Made by a program: the position numbers and the translations under genes
In this document: positions 47,984 to 60,898 of the stretch, in pieces
Position numbering within the stretch: the stretch's first letter is position 1
Layout: the number at the start of each line of letters is the position of its first letter
Assembly (NCBI GenBank): GCA_013115125.1
Contig: JABANN010000136.1
Coordinates: 1-63,504, forward strand
DNA: 63,504 nucleotides
Direction: 5' to 3'
Source: Perkinsus olseni
Taxonomy: Eukaryota
The notes under the pieces: generated by a model
Seen by the model: the letters and a program-made list of their open reading frames with translations, nothing else
Databases searched by the model: none
What the model was told of the DNA's origin: nothing

Positions 47984-50900
47984 ATGTCGGGAATATCTTC
48001 CCATCATGGTTTACAGAGCCTACCGTATCAGGCGGCCCACACGCATGCTGGTGTCCCCACTAAGTTGAGGCTTCCGGAACTATGCCGATGGACGATCATA
48101 TCTCCTGATGATTTGGACGCGAAGAAAGCAGTACCATTGAGGTCGTCTAGAGTTCTCCTTAGGAACAGATGGGGACAGTGAGCACCATGTTCCACCTTCA
48201 ACCTAAGATTCGCTCTGTTCGACCTCAGATATCTCTCGGTGGCTGACGTAACATCGTCTGCTAGCCGGTCTCCTAACCTTTGTTGTCGGGAATCTTCCAA
48301 GCGTCAGGAGTGCCTGTGGCTACTCACCCGCATGGACATTATCCTGCCTCACCACGGAGGAAGTGCCGAGATGACAGATGAGGAAGGTGAGTGGGCTTGG
48401 CAGCGAACGAGCACGGAGTGACTCGTCGTCTTTCCCGAACATGTTTTTCAGCTCACGCTTTAGAACTGGACTGAGCGAATCTGGGTGTGGGGTTTCCATC
48501 AATTCTTGCAGCGCTAGTAGACTTCTCGAAAGGAGCTCAGCTAAGCTGTTATAATGAAGCTCTGGAGATGCTTCGCGGGGCATCCTCGCGTTCCACGATC
48601 TCCGAAAGTTACGGTATCGTTGTAGCGTGTAGTGCCTTGCACGTCAGCGACAACTTGACCAGGATGCCTGTCTCACACGAGCCTGTGCCACGGGGGAGAA
48701 AGGCAGCGCGTTGAGCCCCTTATATCGCCAGATACGTGGCCCTTCGTACCACTGCTGCCGAGGACAGACTTCTCGACGATCCCGATCGAGGATCAGGAGA
48801 GGGTGAGAGCCCTGGAGCTCCCCGCCTCAGCAGCCCTCGCTGTGCTTCCCAGGTGTTGATACTGGAGATTTTGGGGGCGATGCTGGGCGGACGCGTGACT
48901 CATATAACCCAGAAGACCACACACAGGGCCTCGCCTAGGGCCAGCGGGGGAAGGTCAGTCGGTCCATCGCTTCGGAGATTGCTTCTTTCCTTCGGAAACT
49001 CCCCAAATTTCCTTCGCGGTGTGGTTGTGAAGTCGTCGTTTTGGTATCTTTGATGTCAGCTGTAGCATGGGTCAGTTGGTGGAATGCTTCGCCTCGGACG
49101 CATTGCATCTTTAGGGACATGAACTCCGAGGATCGTGTCCTCTTTTGAAGCAAATACCAAAAAAGGCCGTTCGGTTGTTTTGGAATGAAATTTGAATAGA
49201 AGGCAGGTCTCAGTAGACTTACTCGAGGCAGAATGCCGCGAAATCGCTGTTCTGTCTATCAGGGCGATTGGGACTTTGACCTTCTTCCTAGACACCCCGT
49301 TGAACCCCTTGGCGGAATAGGAACTCTTCTAGAGCAGAGGGGCTCATCCCTGCCCTCCCAAGATTCGATCTGTTCTCAGATCGCCCTGGGAGTCCCGCAC
49401 GCGGCTGATGCTGTGCGGCGTCAATGGCTGCGATATTTCCCTACAGCAGGTCGCCGCACAGATCCTGCCGATCGTCGAATATCTGGAGTTCGTGAAGAGC
49501 TACTTGAAGGCAGGTCGAGCCAGGCTGCCCTCTGATCATCTGTTGTCGCCTTGCGCCGTCCTGGACCCTACGGTGTTGAACAAATTCGGCGATTTCGCCA
49601 GTGCGTTTCACTGTACTGTACGATATACGAGGCTTCTATTGTGGTGTCCGTATCGAGGTCCGTGGTTTGCTTTTCGAGGGGCGTGAGTTTTCTCTCAGGA
49701 GCATGAAGGCTGGGGGTTCGGCACAATTTGTGAGGGACTTTGCGAAGAGCTGAACACCCTTGTAGGCCCCCTTGGGTAGGGGGGAATCGAGAGACGTATT
49801 CTGTTCAGATAGCAGACGTCTACGTCAGGGTCGCTGAGCTTCGTACGAAAGTCGAGGCCAACTCGGAGATGACTATCAGCGCAGTGAAGTGAACGGAGCA
49901 GTGGCGTTACTCTCTCGTCTCTGTTGCCTCCCTGTTTTCCGAAGGGGTGTCGCTCAGCCGGCTCCCACCGTTGCCGTGTTCTCTCAGGCTTTGTCTTCTC
50001 CGCACTAGTCAGGAGCTGGAGCTGGTGTGTAGGGTGCTGCGGAGATGCTGGCACCAACGGGGAGGAGCCATTATAGATTCGATACATGATCAGAGGACCA
50101 CCATCCACGGTGAGGCTGCTCGGTCATGAGCCGCGGTTGTCGATTTGGTAGGAAGTGAAAGGAAAAATTCCAGAAAAATTGAAAGACGTTACTCGTTATG
50201 ATCATTCTCGATAACGGGTTACGTCTTTGACCCCCGCAGAGGGCTAGCTCTAAACCACAGTCACGGCGACTGATTCGTTCCCAATAACGGCCTGGCGGTG
50301 TACCGAGCTGAGGTCTTTGGTGCACTCGCTGAGGTGTACCGGGCTTGTCAGATGGCGCGTTGCATCTACGGCTACTCTTCGCGACGGTGACGCCCTTCCT
50401 GTCACTCCTCTTCGACTGGATGCTGCAGGGGAAGTGAGGTCCCCTCTCTCGGCGCTCGTCCCATTAATTGCCGCCTCAGGCTCCTCTCGAGCGCGCCCAT
50501 TCCCCAACAGGAGTTCCTCATAGTTGACAAGGCTCCGGATATGCTATGTAACTCGTCAGAGGCGGAGAAGTCATCACAGCAGCTCTTCACCTCCTCGACC
50601 GTCGGCGTGTAGGTTCTGGAACGACCGATTCATGATCGTCACCGACTTGACGCCCTTCTTCATTACAAACACAATGGAGACCAAGATACTCGAGGCGGGC
50701 CGTGCCCTTCGGGTCAGTGGTGGCCGGCCGAGTTGGGTTGCCTGCTTTCCGCTTGGCTGATTCAACGCCTTCTACGGTCAAGGAGACGTCGTATAGGTTC
50801 TGAAGACGAATACGTTCCTGCTGCCAACCCCTCCTGAAGAGAACATCAGGCTGTGTGCCCTGCCGTAAGGCCGTCACCTGACACGCCAGTTTTGAATAGC

Positions 50901-52967
50901 TAACTCGCAGAGGTACACCAATGCAAGAAGCTTGGCGAAGAGCGCTCGCCATATTGATCGATAAGGCTCGGAAGTGGGCCGCAGAACAGCTTTATACCTA
51001 CTTCATCGACTCCCTTGACCTCAAGGTGGGTCCTTGGGCATGGTGAAGGCGCGTGCTGTGGGGTCACTCAGGGTCGACTGTCATCGATCCACTCCCACTT
51101 CCTGTTGGCCCGGAGTGACTGGTTGTCGCACTTCCTCGATTCTGCGGGCGAGGAGCTCGAGACGCAGCTGGTGGACTCCATCGACATGAACAGGATTAAC
51201 ACTTTACTCGACTTTGCTATACGCTCTAACGTCAGCAGTAAGTCGGGCGGAGCGGAGCAGCCAGGGTTACGCGTTCTGGACAGGCACGCATGCAGATCCT
51301 TATTGTGGAGAGATGGTCGCCTGTATGCACACTTTCCTTACCGAAGAGACACCTAGGAAGTGAGGCTATCTAGTTTTGGTTATCATTAGACGACATCATG
51401 ACAGGCTCGCCTCGAGGAGCTACACTCCCTACACCATAGTACAGCGGAGCAGCACTGATGCCTCGAGGGCACCGACGGGCATACGGTAGGGAGCTGCTTA
51501 TCATTGTGCTTGCCGTGGAGTAGGAGTGTCCATCTGAATCAACCCACTGGCAACCGAATGATTGGGAAACTGATCATGTGGGTGCGTCGCTACGACAATA
51601 GCCGTTTTCATTGTCTAACCTATACCGAGACTCAAAATCGTTCCTCAAAATTTATGCAAATTACGTTCATGATACAGTTGCAGAATGGCTTTCAAAGGAT
51701 TAGTTCACTGAGTATCCCTCACTATGGTTGCAGGCAGAATCACCACGTCCCCCCCGCAGGTGCTTCACGTTGGGATTACGTGAAGTGAAGTGGCCGTTGT
51801 CGCTCATCCTGTCAACCGCCGCTGTCTTCAAGCTTCAAGTCATCTTTCGGCATCTCTGTTATTGCCGGTGAGGCGTATCTCGTCGGGATGGTTGTTCATG
51901 TCTTTGGTAGGTGGGTGCAGAACCGGCTATCACAAGTATGGCTCGACTTCCAGTCTACTAAGCCCTTCTACTCTCCCGGACGTGACACTGAAGGTGGAGG
52001 CGGCTCCCAGCTAGAGACACTCTGTTTCTGTTGAAGGTCTTCAAGCTGTCTTTGACTCATCGGTGCTACTCTGCCGAATGAAGCAATTCGTGACGAACTA
52101 CGTCTACTACGCGACCACCGAGGTCATCCAACCGCGGTTCGAAACGTAGGCGGCCTTGGGCCTCAGCGCCCAGGAGATGAGGACGGTGATGGACTCCATC
52201 AGATGGAGGGGCCCGCTGGCTCAGGTTCCTGCAGATGCTCGAGTCTCCGAGTGATAGACACAACGGCGATGTCTCTCCTGAGGCCTCGTCTCTCGAAATG
52301 GTCATGTCGAGCTTCCAACACCTTCTGGATACCTTGCTGAGGGTGAGTTGTTAAAGTATTGTGAATCGGAACTGAGCCTGTCAGGAGATGTTGTTGACCT
52401 CGGAGTCGGTGTCGTTGTATAAGTACCTCGCAAAGATGCTCTCGACCTGCTCCCTATATGCCAAGCACATGGGCAGCTTCAGTATCGGTGACGCTGGTGA
52501 GTTGGCATGGGTTGGCTGATGACTCCTCGTGGCCGCTCTGGGCCTCACTGAGCATACGGGAGTCGGTTACTTCTTAAAGGTTGGTACAAAAACGTTAACC
52601 CACAGTGTCGATGAGGTCCTCGTCACTCCAGGGCGGGGAACCCTCTGGAGGCATCACTTGGATAACGACCAACGCGGAATAGTTCGGGAGAATTTCGAAG
52701 AGGATATTCATACTCGGCCGTCGCCACACCTCGCTCTGGCCTATCAGAAAGTCGATTATTGGCACATCCTTATCAGGTATCGGGAAGGGTCGTGACGACA
52801 GCAGCTACTACGACGCGAGCTTCATACTGGGTGACTCTAGTGTGGGGAGGTCAGCTCGTGACAGTCGGCTGGATGTGAGAGCTCACGGGGAAAACCACTC
52901 CCGACGAACAGCCATGCACTGCGCACCGGGTTCTCAGAGACAGAGCACTTCTTCATTTTTCCCATGA
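47984..52967 (+). CDS. TUBGCP2: Gamma-tubulin complex component, GCP2/Spc97-like (multi-exon)
   Basis: LILEILGAMLG; CDISLQQVAAQILPI; FWNDRFMI..PFFI..KILEAG; LSSIHSHFLLARSDWLSHFLDSAGEEL; FTLDYEVKWPLSLILSTAAVFKLQVIFRHLCYCR; MKQFVTNYVYYATTEVIQPRF (GRIP1/GRIP2 motifs). Both ends are approximate. Confidence 0.85.
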
Positions 52968-54760
52968 CAGCATGAAGCGTGCATTACGCATATACTCTTA
53001 GCATTTCGGGTCGCCGTTCGCTTGAGCCGCTCTAAGAAGGTCTCACAGGCTCATTCGAAACCCAAGGAATTTATTGGAAATCGTAACAATTGACGCGGTA
53101 CGGTCAACTTTCGATATGTTGTTATGGTGGCATGAGCTCAGCGGCGCAGCACCACGCTGGTCCTGATCACATTTCGTACCATACGAGAGGCGCGTTGATG
53201 GCTACAAATTGCCTTCCTCAGGCCACACGAGAGCATTATGTTAACAAAGTATCAGCGAAACATTACAAGGCCATGATCGATAAATTCCGGTAGGCTCCTC
53301 CAACCTTTCTTTGGCGAGTGCATGCTGGTCTTGGCCTTTGCTCGTGTTTCTTCAGTGATACGTTCGACTCTCACCTCAAGGGGTTCCTGGGAGCACTTCA
53401 AAACCGTACAGCGGAGCGAGGCAGCGCTGGCGGGGCCTATGTTCAGAATTTGGCCCATCGATTAGACTACAATGAGTTCTACACGAAAATGTGAGTTCAA
53501 CTGGATGCTCGTTGCAGGCCCTTTCTCTGCGCATTTCACAGCCTTTGGGTGTTCGGGCGTCTAATGCTCATTTGGTCCGTAGGTACGGTTTCGATGTCAC
53601 TGAAAACTGGGGTACATGAATTAAACTCCTCGGAGGAAGCATGGAAGAAGTTGCATCAGTTTCAGCTGTTTTGGCCTCGTGTTGTAAGAGTGATAAGTCT
53701 CTTGGCACATAGTTATCTCGGGCGGCGATACTATGGTTCACATCTGATAGTCTTAATTGGTCGTCTGGGTTGAGTACCCATGCCCTAATTAAGAGACTAG
53801 TATCGCGTTTACTGTAGTTGGACTTTTTAGCACTGTTCACTTCGTTCCAAGTGGCATTGAGTTGTCAGAAGGAGGGACATCAGAGTGCACAGATGGGAGG
53901 GGCTCGGAGACAGAGAAGCAGAATCGATCATTCAGAAGTCTATTCGACTTAGGGTGAGGCGGTCGCTATGCCGGTGGCCGTCATCACGCTAGCGAGTAAA
54001 GACAGCAGTTTGGCGTTGTTAGGATGGTCGAAATATGTACGTACAACGAGGTGGCGGAATGGAGAGGTCGGTGGAGTGGCGGGTCCGGTCGGGAGTTCAA
54101 TTTCGCCAATAGGGCTCCCGGTTTTAGGACTAGGGAAGAGAATTTTGCCTTCAAGAGCATCTGTATTGGGGACGTCTTCGCGGTAACTGGCCGCTGTAAT
54201 GGCGCCTTAACGTCATTTTCCATCCTTCCACCTCGATCGATCATCGGGGCGCGCCCTTGAGGAAGCCCCGGTTCCCTCGAGCGGCTCGTTTTTCCAAATT
54301 ATGGAGCTGCCACCCTTACCTGGCATGCTCTCATTCGGGGTTCCTCCGCCACGCTTGGTGGGATGCCGTCACAGATACACGCCCCTCGCCGAGGGGCCCT
54401 TGGCTATTCAATACTTAGCGCCCCGGCTGGCCTTCTCCATTGCGCCTGATGTGGACCACAAACTATCCCGCAAACTCGGACTCTGCCTCCTTTCGGGTGT
54501 ATCCAAGAGGGGCTAGGAAGATCCTGGAAAGCTGGACGTATCGACGGAAAGAACTACGCGCTACAGAGGCGTAGTGACGGTTTACCTGATTCCCTCTCCC
54601 CGAGAGAAGAAAGGGAATCTTCCTCCGCCCCCCCATTCGATGCATTACGCAGCTTCTGTGCAGCGCAGACTTCGTTAACGAATTCGGCTAGCGTGAACGC
54701 ATTCTGGATTAGGGCTCAACCCTGTCGAGGAGTAATGATCTAGCTTTGAACCACTCTTCA

Positions 54761-55735
54761 ATGGCCTCCGCGAATGCGTGTCGATGCGTCGCCTTAGTGA
54801 GTATCCTATTGATACATTTCTCCGAGGCTACCAACTTCAGACAACAGGAATTGCTGTATGGAAGAGCCCACGGTGATGGAGCGGAGTATGTTTTCGTAGC
54901 AAGAGACAAAGTCCCCATCAGCGACATCAGCACGGCTCATCGATTACAACTAACCAGGCATGACGCAGACTTTTTCGGAAAAGTCAGGTGTCAAGCCAGT
55001 GGGGATCAGCTAGAGTGGACTGTGTTGCATACAATTAGTCTTCCACTGCACAACTCCTGGCAGAGTAATCATGATGTTGTGACCAAGGCCAGGATTTACC
55101 GTCTGAAAGATGGTGAGACTTCGGAGTACATTGCTGACGTCGTTAAAGGCGAAAGATGCTTCGATAACGTTCGTGAAAGGAAGAATTCTGATAGCGAGGA
55201 AAAGTACGAGGCCGCACCAGAGAGCATCGAACGCGAGTTGCATCTGATCTGCCTGGGCGGCTTCTCTGCACTTCATCCCATCACTGACTTGTCGGTGCTG
55301 GATGGCAATTACACCGGTACCAGGCAGGGAAGGGAATCCTGGTTCGATTTTAACAAGGGTAAGGTTAGGGACGCGAAGCTCACTGTGAAGGAGATCGACA
55401 CGATGCATTTTAATGTAATTCACTACCCGCTTTGCGATGGAGTGATACTTGCCGAAGTGGCAGGGTGGATGGCGTCCATCGAGAAACCACCTTCCTATTC
55501 GCTTTTGAGAAGATCAAAGGTTCAGAGGCAACAGGGCTGGAGTTTTGCTTCGCGGAGAAGGAGACGTCAAAGAGCCGCCGCCCCTGGTGATGAAGGGGCT
55601 GGTCTACTAGACGATGATGATGAGTCGAACGCGCTCTGCAGGGCTAAGCATGTGAGAAGAAGGCTCAGTCACGATGTCCTCTACAACTGGGACTGTCACT
55701 TGCCCAATGACTTCATGCTGAAAGTACGGGTTTAG
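54761..55735 (+). CDS. Secreted family protein, copy 1 (intronless, intact)
   Basis: Signal-peptide-like MASANACRCVALVSILLIHFSEA; family motifs FRQQELLYGR, AAPESIERELHLICL, DGNYTG, YPLCDGVIL, GAGLLDDDDESN, WDCHL. Confidence 0.88.
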   Translation: MASANACRCVALVSILLIHFSEATNFRQQELLYGRAHGDGAEYVFVARDKVPISDISTAHRLQLTRHDADFFGKVRCQASGDQLEWTVLHTISLPLHNSWQSNHDVVTKARIYRLKDGETSEYIADVVKGERCFDNVRERKNSDSEEKYEAAPESIERELHLICLGGFSALHPITDLSVLDGNYTGTRQGRESWFDFNKGKVRDAKLTVKEIDTMHFNVIHYPLCDGVILAEVAGWMASIEKPPSYSLLRRSKVQRQQGWSFASRRRRRQRAAAPGDEGAGLLDDDDESNALCRAKHVRRRLSHDVLYNWDCHLPNDFMLKVRV

Positions 55736-57314
55736 CCTTATATTGGAATTGTGTCACAATTTTTGTGCCTGTGGATAGTCCCGCATGATGGTACCGCGGA
55801 GGATAATAAGCCTCCTGATAATTTCGAGTACGTATAAGTTGATCCAGTTTATTTTTGTATCTTGATCGTGAAGCATCATTGTTTATCGTTGAATGAGAGG
55901 ATTTGTGCGCGTAGGTTGGCTGTTATTAGAGCTGCGTTCACAGTCTAGAACCACTTCTTGTTTGGGGAGGTCTTAGCCGTTTGCCCCCCACCTGGTGAGA
56001 ACTAGGGAGGCCTTCTGAGTACCCGCAAAGCATGACCCTGGGAGCGAAAGGCTTTTGAACTACGAATCCATGCACTCAGTAGGCTACCTACTGTATGCAC
56101 TGCACTTCACTGAGAATCATAGTGAGTGTTTATCTATGAGAGTATGTTACAATTTCATTACCGAGAAATCACACATCTCGTTCTGCACAGGCGGCCTGTG
56201 AGAGGCTGAAAGAACAATGGCGAAGCCTCGCAGAATAGGAGAAATACTCGAAAAGTGATCGGCAAGTTTCAACCTTCCGGCCAGCTTTCATTCTCGTTAC
56301 TATTGGGCTAGAAGGGCAAACATGGTCTGCTGTCTTCTACTTGGACCATCGCATGATGTTCCGCATAGGAGTTTCAGAGTGCTTCGCATCTGTCGGGCAT
56401 GCCATGGCCCGGACGAGGGTCAATGGTACAGTGGCAGCTCGAGCGCTTTCGTTCTGTACGCCTTTGACTCAAAAAGGTTCCAGTCGTATGGTCGCAACTC
56501 GCACAATGTTAACTCGGTTCACGAAACTATTTTGATGGGAGCCGCTACGCAGGTTGTATTAAATGAACGAAACACCCAATATAGACCTGGTAACCGTACT
56601 ATAGGAGTACGATGGAGGACGAACGTAACAGATCGTACTACAGCAATACAGCAGCGACTAATACGTCAATGCAACTAGCGCTAGAGCGACAGCAGAACCG
56701 TGCACAAAGACAACAGTAGCACAGTCGAATCTCATCATCTTGCTGCCTTAGCGACTCTCTACTTCATGCCGAAACCGGCACACCGCTAGGGGTTGACACG
56801 GCAGAAGACTTCACCATTCAAAAGTCTATTCGGTTCAGGGTGAGGCGGCCGCTATGCCGGTGGCGGTCGAGGATATCATATGAGCGAGTAAAGGCAGCAG
56901 TTTGACGTTAGGGTCGAAATAGGGGCATCCAACGAGTTGGCGAGTAGAGAGGGCAGCTTAGTGGCGGGCCCAACAGGGAGTTCAATTGAGCCAAAAACCT
57001 CTCAGTTCCGTGACTAGTTCATAATTGAGAAAGACAATCCCCCTAGCGACGGCGATCTCGTGCTTCGGTATGCTGGAATTGTGCGTCCACGATACTCCCC
57101 TTGCTTCCACTTCGATCGATCATCGGGGTGCGTCCTTTGAGTTGAGGAATCACCGGCTCCCTCGAGCGCCTTGGATTTCCTGAAATTCCCCTCTCTATGC
57201 ATCACGCAGCTTCTGTGATCCTCAAGATACGCTAGACGGATCCGGCTAGCGTGAACGCATGCAACCTCAAGATGCGTTGATAACGAAGGACGATCTAGCT
57301 GCGAACCTTCTTCC

Positions 57315-58304
57315 ATGGCCTCCTCGAATCTCCTCTTCAACAGTACATTCCGGCGCGTCACCTTGATGAGTATTCTGCTGGTATACTTCACCGGGGCCAC
57401 ACAGTTCAGACAGCAAGAGCTGCTGTATGGACGGGTACACGGTGTCGGAGCGGAGTACTTTTTTATACCGAGAGACGAAGTCCCCATCCCCGACATCGCC
57501 ACTGCTCATCGACTCTACCTAACTGACCATTACGCTCTCTTCGAAGGGAAGGTGAGGAGCCAAGCGAGGAGGGATCAGCCTGACTGGACAGATTTGGACA
57601 CAATGAGTTTCCCGCTGCACAACTCCTGGCAGAGTAATCATGACGTTGTGACCAAGGCTAGGATTTACCGTCTGAAAGATGGCGGAACTTTGGAGTACAT
57701 TGCTGACGTCGTTAAAGGCGAAAGATGCTTCGATAACGTTCGTCAAAGGAAGGATTCTGATAGCGAGGAAAAGTACGAGGCCGCACCAGAGAGCATCGAA
57801 CGCGAGTTGCATCTGATCTGCCTGAGCGGCTTCTCTGCACTTCATCCCATCACTGACTTATCGGTGCTGGATGGTAATTACACCGGCAGCCGGCAGGGAA
57901 GGGAATCCTGGTTCGAATTCCGTAAGGGTAAAGTTGCAGACGCGAAACTCACAGTAAAACATATCGACAAGGATTTTTTCTGTGCGATCTACTACCCGCT
58001 TTGCGATGGAGTGATACTTATCGAAGCGCCCGGGTGGCGGAAGTCTATCGAGTAATCGATTCACTATTCGATTCTGAAGAAATCGAAAGTCCAGACACAA
58101 CGGGGCTGGAGACTTGCTTCGTGGCGGAGGAAGAGTAAGAGAAAATTCTCGAGTGGTGAAGAAGGAGCTGGTCTGCTCGACGATGATGACGAGTCGAATG
58201 TGATTTGCGGTGCTAAGGACGTGAGAAGGCGGCTCACCCGTGATACCCTCGATAAATGGGACTGTCATTTGTCCGATGACTTCGCGCTCAAAGTACGTAT
58301 ATAG
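57315..58304 (+). pseudogene. Secreted family protein, copy 2, with premature TAA at 58053-58055
   Basis: GAG TAA TCG here versus GAG AAA TCG in copy 3. The homologous frame stays open to TAG at 58302-58304. Confidence 0.85.
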
Positions 58305-59908
58305 ACGGGCAGAGAGACTTGTTAATCCTGTAGATTTCTGTGCTTACAAAACGTTGTTTGAAGTGAAAGAGACGACGTTATGGAGGATGAACCTGACGAG
58401 AATAATAAGCCTTATAGCAATGTCTAATACGTAAAAGTTCTCTCTCTTTTCTTAGTATGTTGATCGTGAAGCATTGCCGTTCATCGTGGAGTCAAAACGT
58501 TTGTGCGCGAAGGTTATCTGTCATTCATCTGGGCTGCGTTCAGTGATACGTGTCGCGGCGACACTGTCGCCGTACAACTCGAACTAGATGCGCAACACAA
58601 ACCGTGGGTAAGCTGGACAGTAATAGTTGTAGCGTAGGACGATCGGACCTCGAGTCAAGGAGGCTCGAACCGCAAACTGAATGCAAACTCTGAATGATCT
58701 TCCAACGTCTACCAAATCCAGGGAAACCTCAAGCTTAGGGGCACGCAAGTACATAGCTTGAGCGAGGCGAACCGTTGTACCAATACAAAGGCGAGCGAAG
58801 GTAACACGAGTTCCTTCCACTCACGGTCGACTCCCATCCCAAGGGATTCTTGGAAGCACTTTGAAATCGAACAGCGGAGCGGGGCAGCGCTGGCGGGGCC
58901 TATGCTCAGAATCTGGCCCATCGATTAGACTAAAACGAGTTTTACTCGAAAATGTGAGCTAAACTGGATGGACGTTGCAGATCCTCTCTCTGCGCATTTC
59001 ACAGCATTCAATCTTGGGTGTTCTCGAGTGTGGTGTTCGCTCTCGCAGGTGCGGTTTTGGCGTCACTAACAACTAGGGTACATGAACCAAACTCTTCGAG
59101 GAAAGCATTGCAGAATCAGTTACATTTGTCTTATCTCGTGTTGTAAGAGTGCACCGATGGGAGCCGCTAAGGGTTGACACGGCAAAAGACTTCACCATTC
59201 AAACATCTATTCGGTCTAGGGTGAGGCGGCCGCTATGCCGGCGGTGGTCGAGGATATCGTATGAGCGAGTAAAGGCAGCAGTTTGACGTTAGGGTTGAAA
59301 TAGGGACATCCAACGAGTTGGCGAGTACAGAGGGCAGCTTAGTGGCGGGCCCAACAGCGGGTTCAATTGAGCCAAGAAGGCTCCCGTTTTATGATTAAGG
59401 AAGACAATCTCGCCTTAAAAGACGCCAATCTCGTGCATGTCAATTCCTCCTGCTTCCACTTCGATCGATCATCGGGGTGTGCCCTTCGAGTTGAAGAAGC
59501 ACGGGCTCCCTCGAGCGGCTTGCATTTCCCTGGTTGCTCCTCTCTTGGAGGTGTCGCTCTTCCTTAGGATTTGGCATCCCTCATTACTCGCGGTGAGATG
59601 CAGTCACAAGAGGGGCCAAGAAGCTCCTTGAAAGCTGAACGCGTCGACAGACGATCAGCGACGTAGCAATAGTTCATCCGATTCTTCTCTCCCTTCCCGT
59701 TCGATGCATGACGCAGCTTCTGTGCTCGGTGAGATGCGCTTGACGAATAAGGCCAGCGTGAATGCAGGTGAATGATGATTGAGTCCTAAGACTTACATTT
59801 GCATGCGTTCACGCTACCCTAATTGAGGCTAGTTAGCTCGATAAGGCTCTTAACCCCGTCAACGATGCGTTGACAATGAATCTTGACCTGGTTTTGAACC
59901 CTTCTTCA

Positions 59909-60898
59909 ATGGCCTCCTCGAATCTCCTCTTCAACAGTACATTCCGGCGCGTCACCTTGATGAGTATTCTGCTGGTATACTTCACCGGGGCCACACAGTT
60001 CAGACAGCAAGAACTGCTGTATGGACGGGTACACGGTGTCGGAGCGGAGTACTTTTTTATACCGAGAGACGAAGTCCCCATCCCCGACATCGCCACTGCT
60101 CATCGACTCTACCTAACTGACCATTACGCTCTCTTCGAAGGGAAGGTGAGGAGCCAAGCGAGGAGGGATCAGCCGGACTGGACAGAGTTGACAACAATAA
60201 GTTTTCCACTGCACAACTCCTGGCAATATAATCATGACGTTGTCACCAAGGCCAGGATTTACCGTTTGAAAGATGGTGAAACTTCGGAGTACACTGCTGA
60301 CGTCGTTAAAGGCAAAAGATGCTTCGATAACGTTCGTGAAAGGAAGGATTCTGATGACGACGAAGAGTACGAGGCCGCACCAGAGAGCATCGAACGCGAG
60401 TTGCATCTGATCTGCCTGGGCGGCTTCTCTGCACTTCATCCCAGCACTGACTTGTCGGTGCTGGATGGTAATTACACCGGCAGCCGGCAGGGGAGGGAGT
60501 CCTGGTTCGAATTCCGTAAGGGTAGAGTTAGAGACGCGAAGCTCACTGTAGAAGAGGTATACAAGGAGCATCTCCACGCAATTTACTACCCGCTCTGCGA
60601 TGGGGTGATACTTATCGAAGCGCCTGGGTGGCGCAAGTCAATTGAGAAATCGCCTTCTTATTCAATTCTGAAGAAATCGAAAGTCCAGAAGCAACGAGGC
60701 TGGAGTCTTGCTTCGTGGCGGAGGAGAAGGAGTACGAGGAACTCCTCGCCTGGCGAAGGGGCTGGTCTGCTCGACGATGATGACGAGTCGAACGTGATCT
60801 GCGGTGCTAATCATGTGAGAAGACGCCTTACCCGTGATATCCTCGATAGATGGGACTGTCACTTGTCCAATGACTTCGGGCTCAAAGCACGGGTGTAG
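59909..60898 (+). CDS. Secreted family protein, copy 3 (intronless, intact)
   Basis: MASSNLLFNSTFRRVTLMSILLVYFTGA signal-like N-terminus. Full-length homology to copy 1. Confidence 0.88.
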   Translation: MASSNLLFNSTFRRVTLMSILLVYFTGATQFRQQELLYGRVHGVGAEYFFIPRDEVPIPDIATAHRLYLTDHYALFEGKVRSQARRDQPDWTELTTISFPLHNSWQYNHDVVTKARIYRLKDGETSEYTADVVKGKRCFDNVRERKDSDDDEEYEAAPESIERELHLICLGGFSALHPSTDLSVLDGNYTGSRQGRESWFEFRKGRVRDAKLTVEEVYKEHLHAIYYPLCDGVILIEAPGWRKSIEKSPSYSILKKSKVQKQRGWSLASWRRRRSTRNSSPGEGAGLLDDDDESNVICGANHVRRRLTRDILDRWDCHLSNDFGLKARV

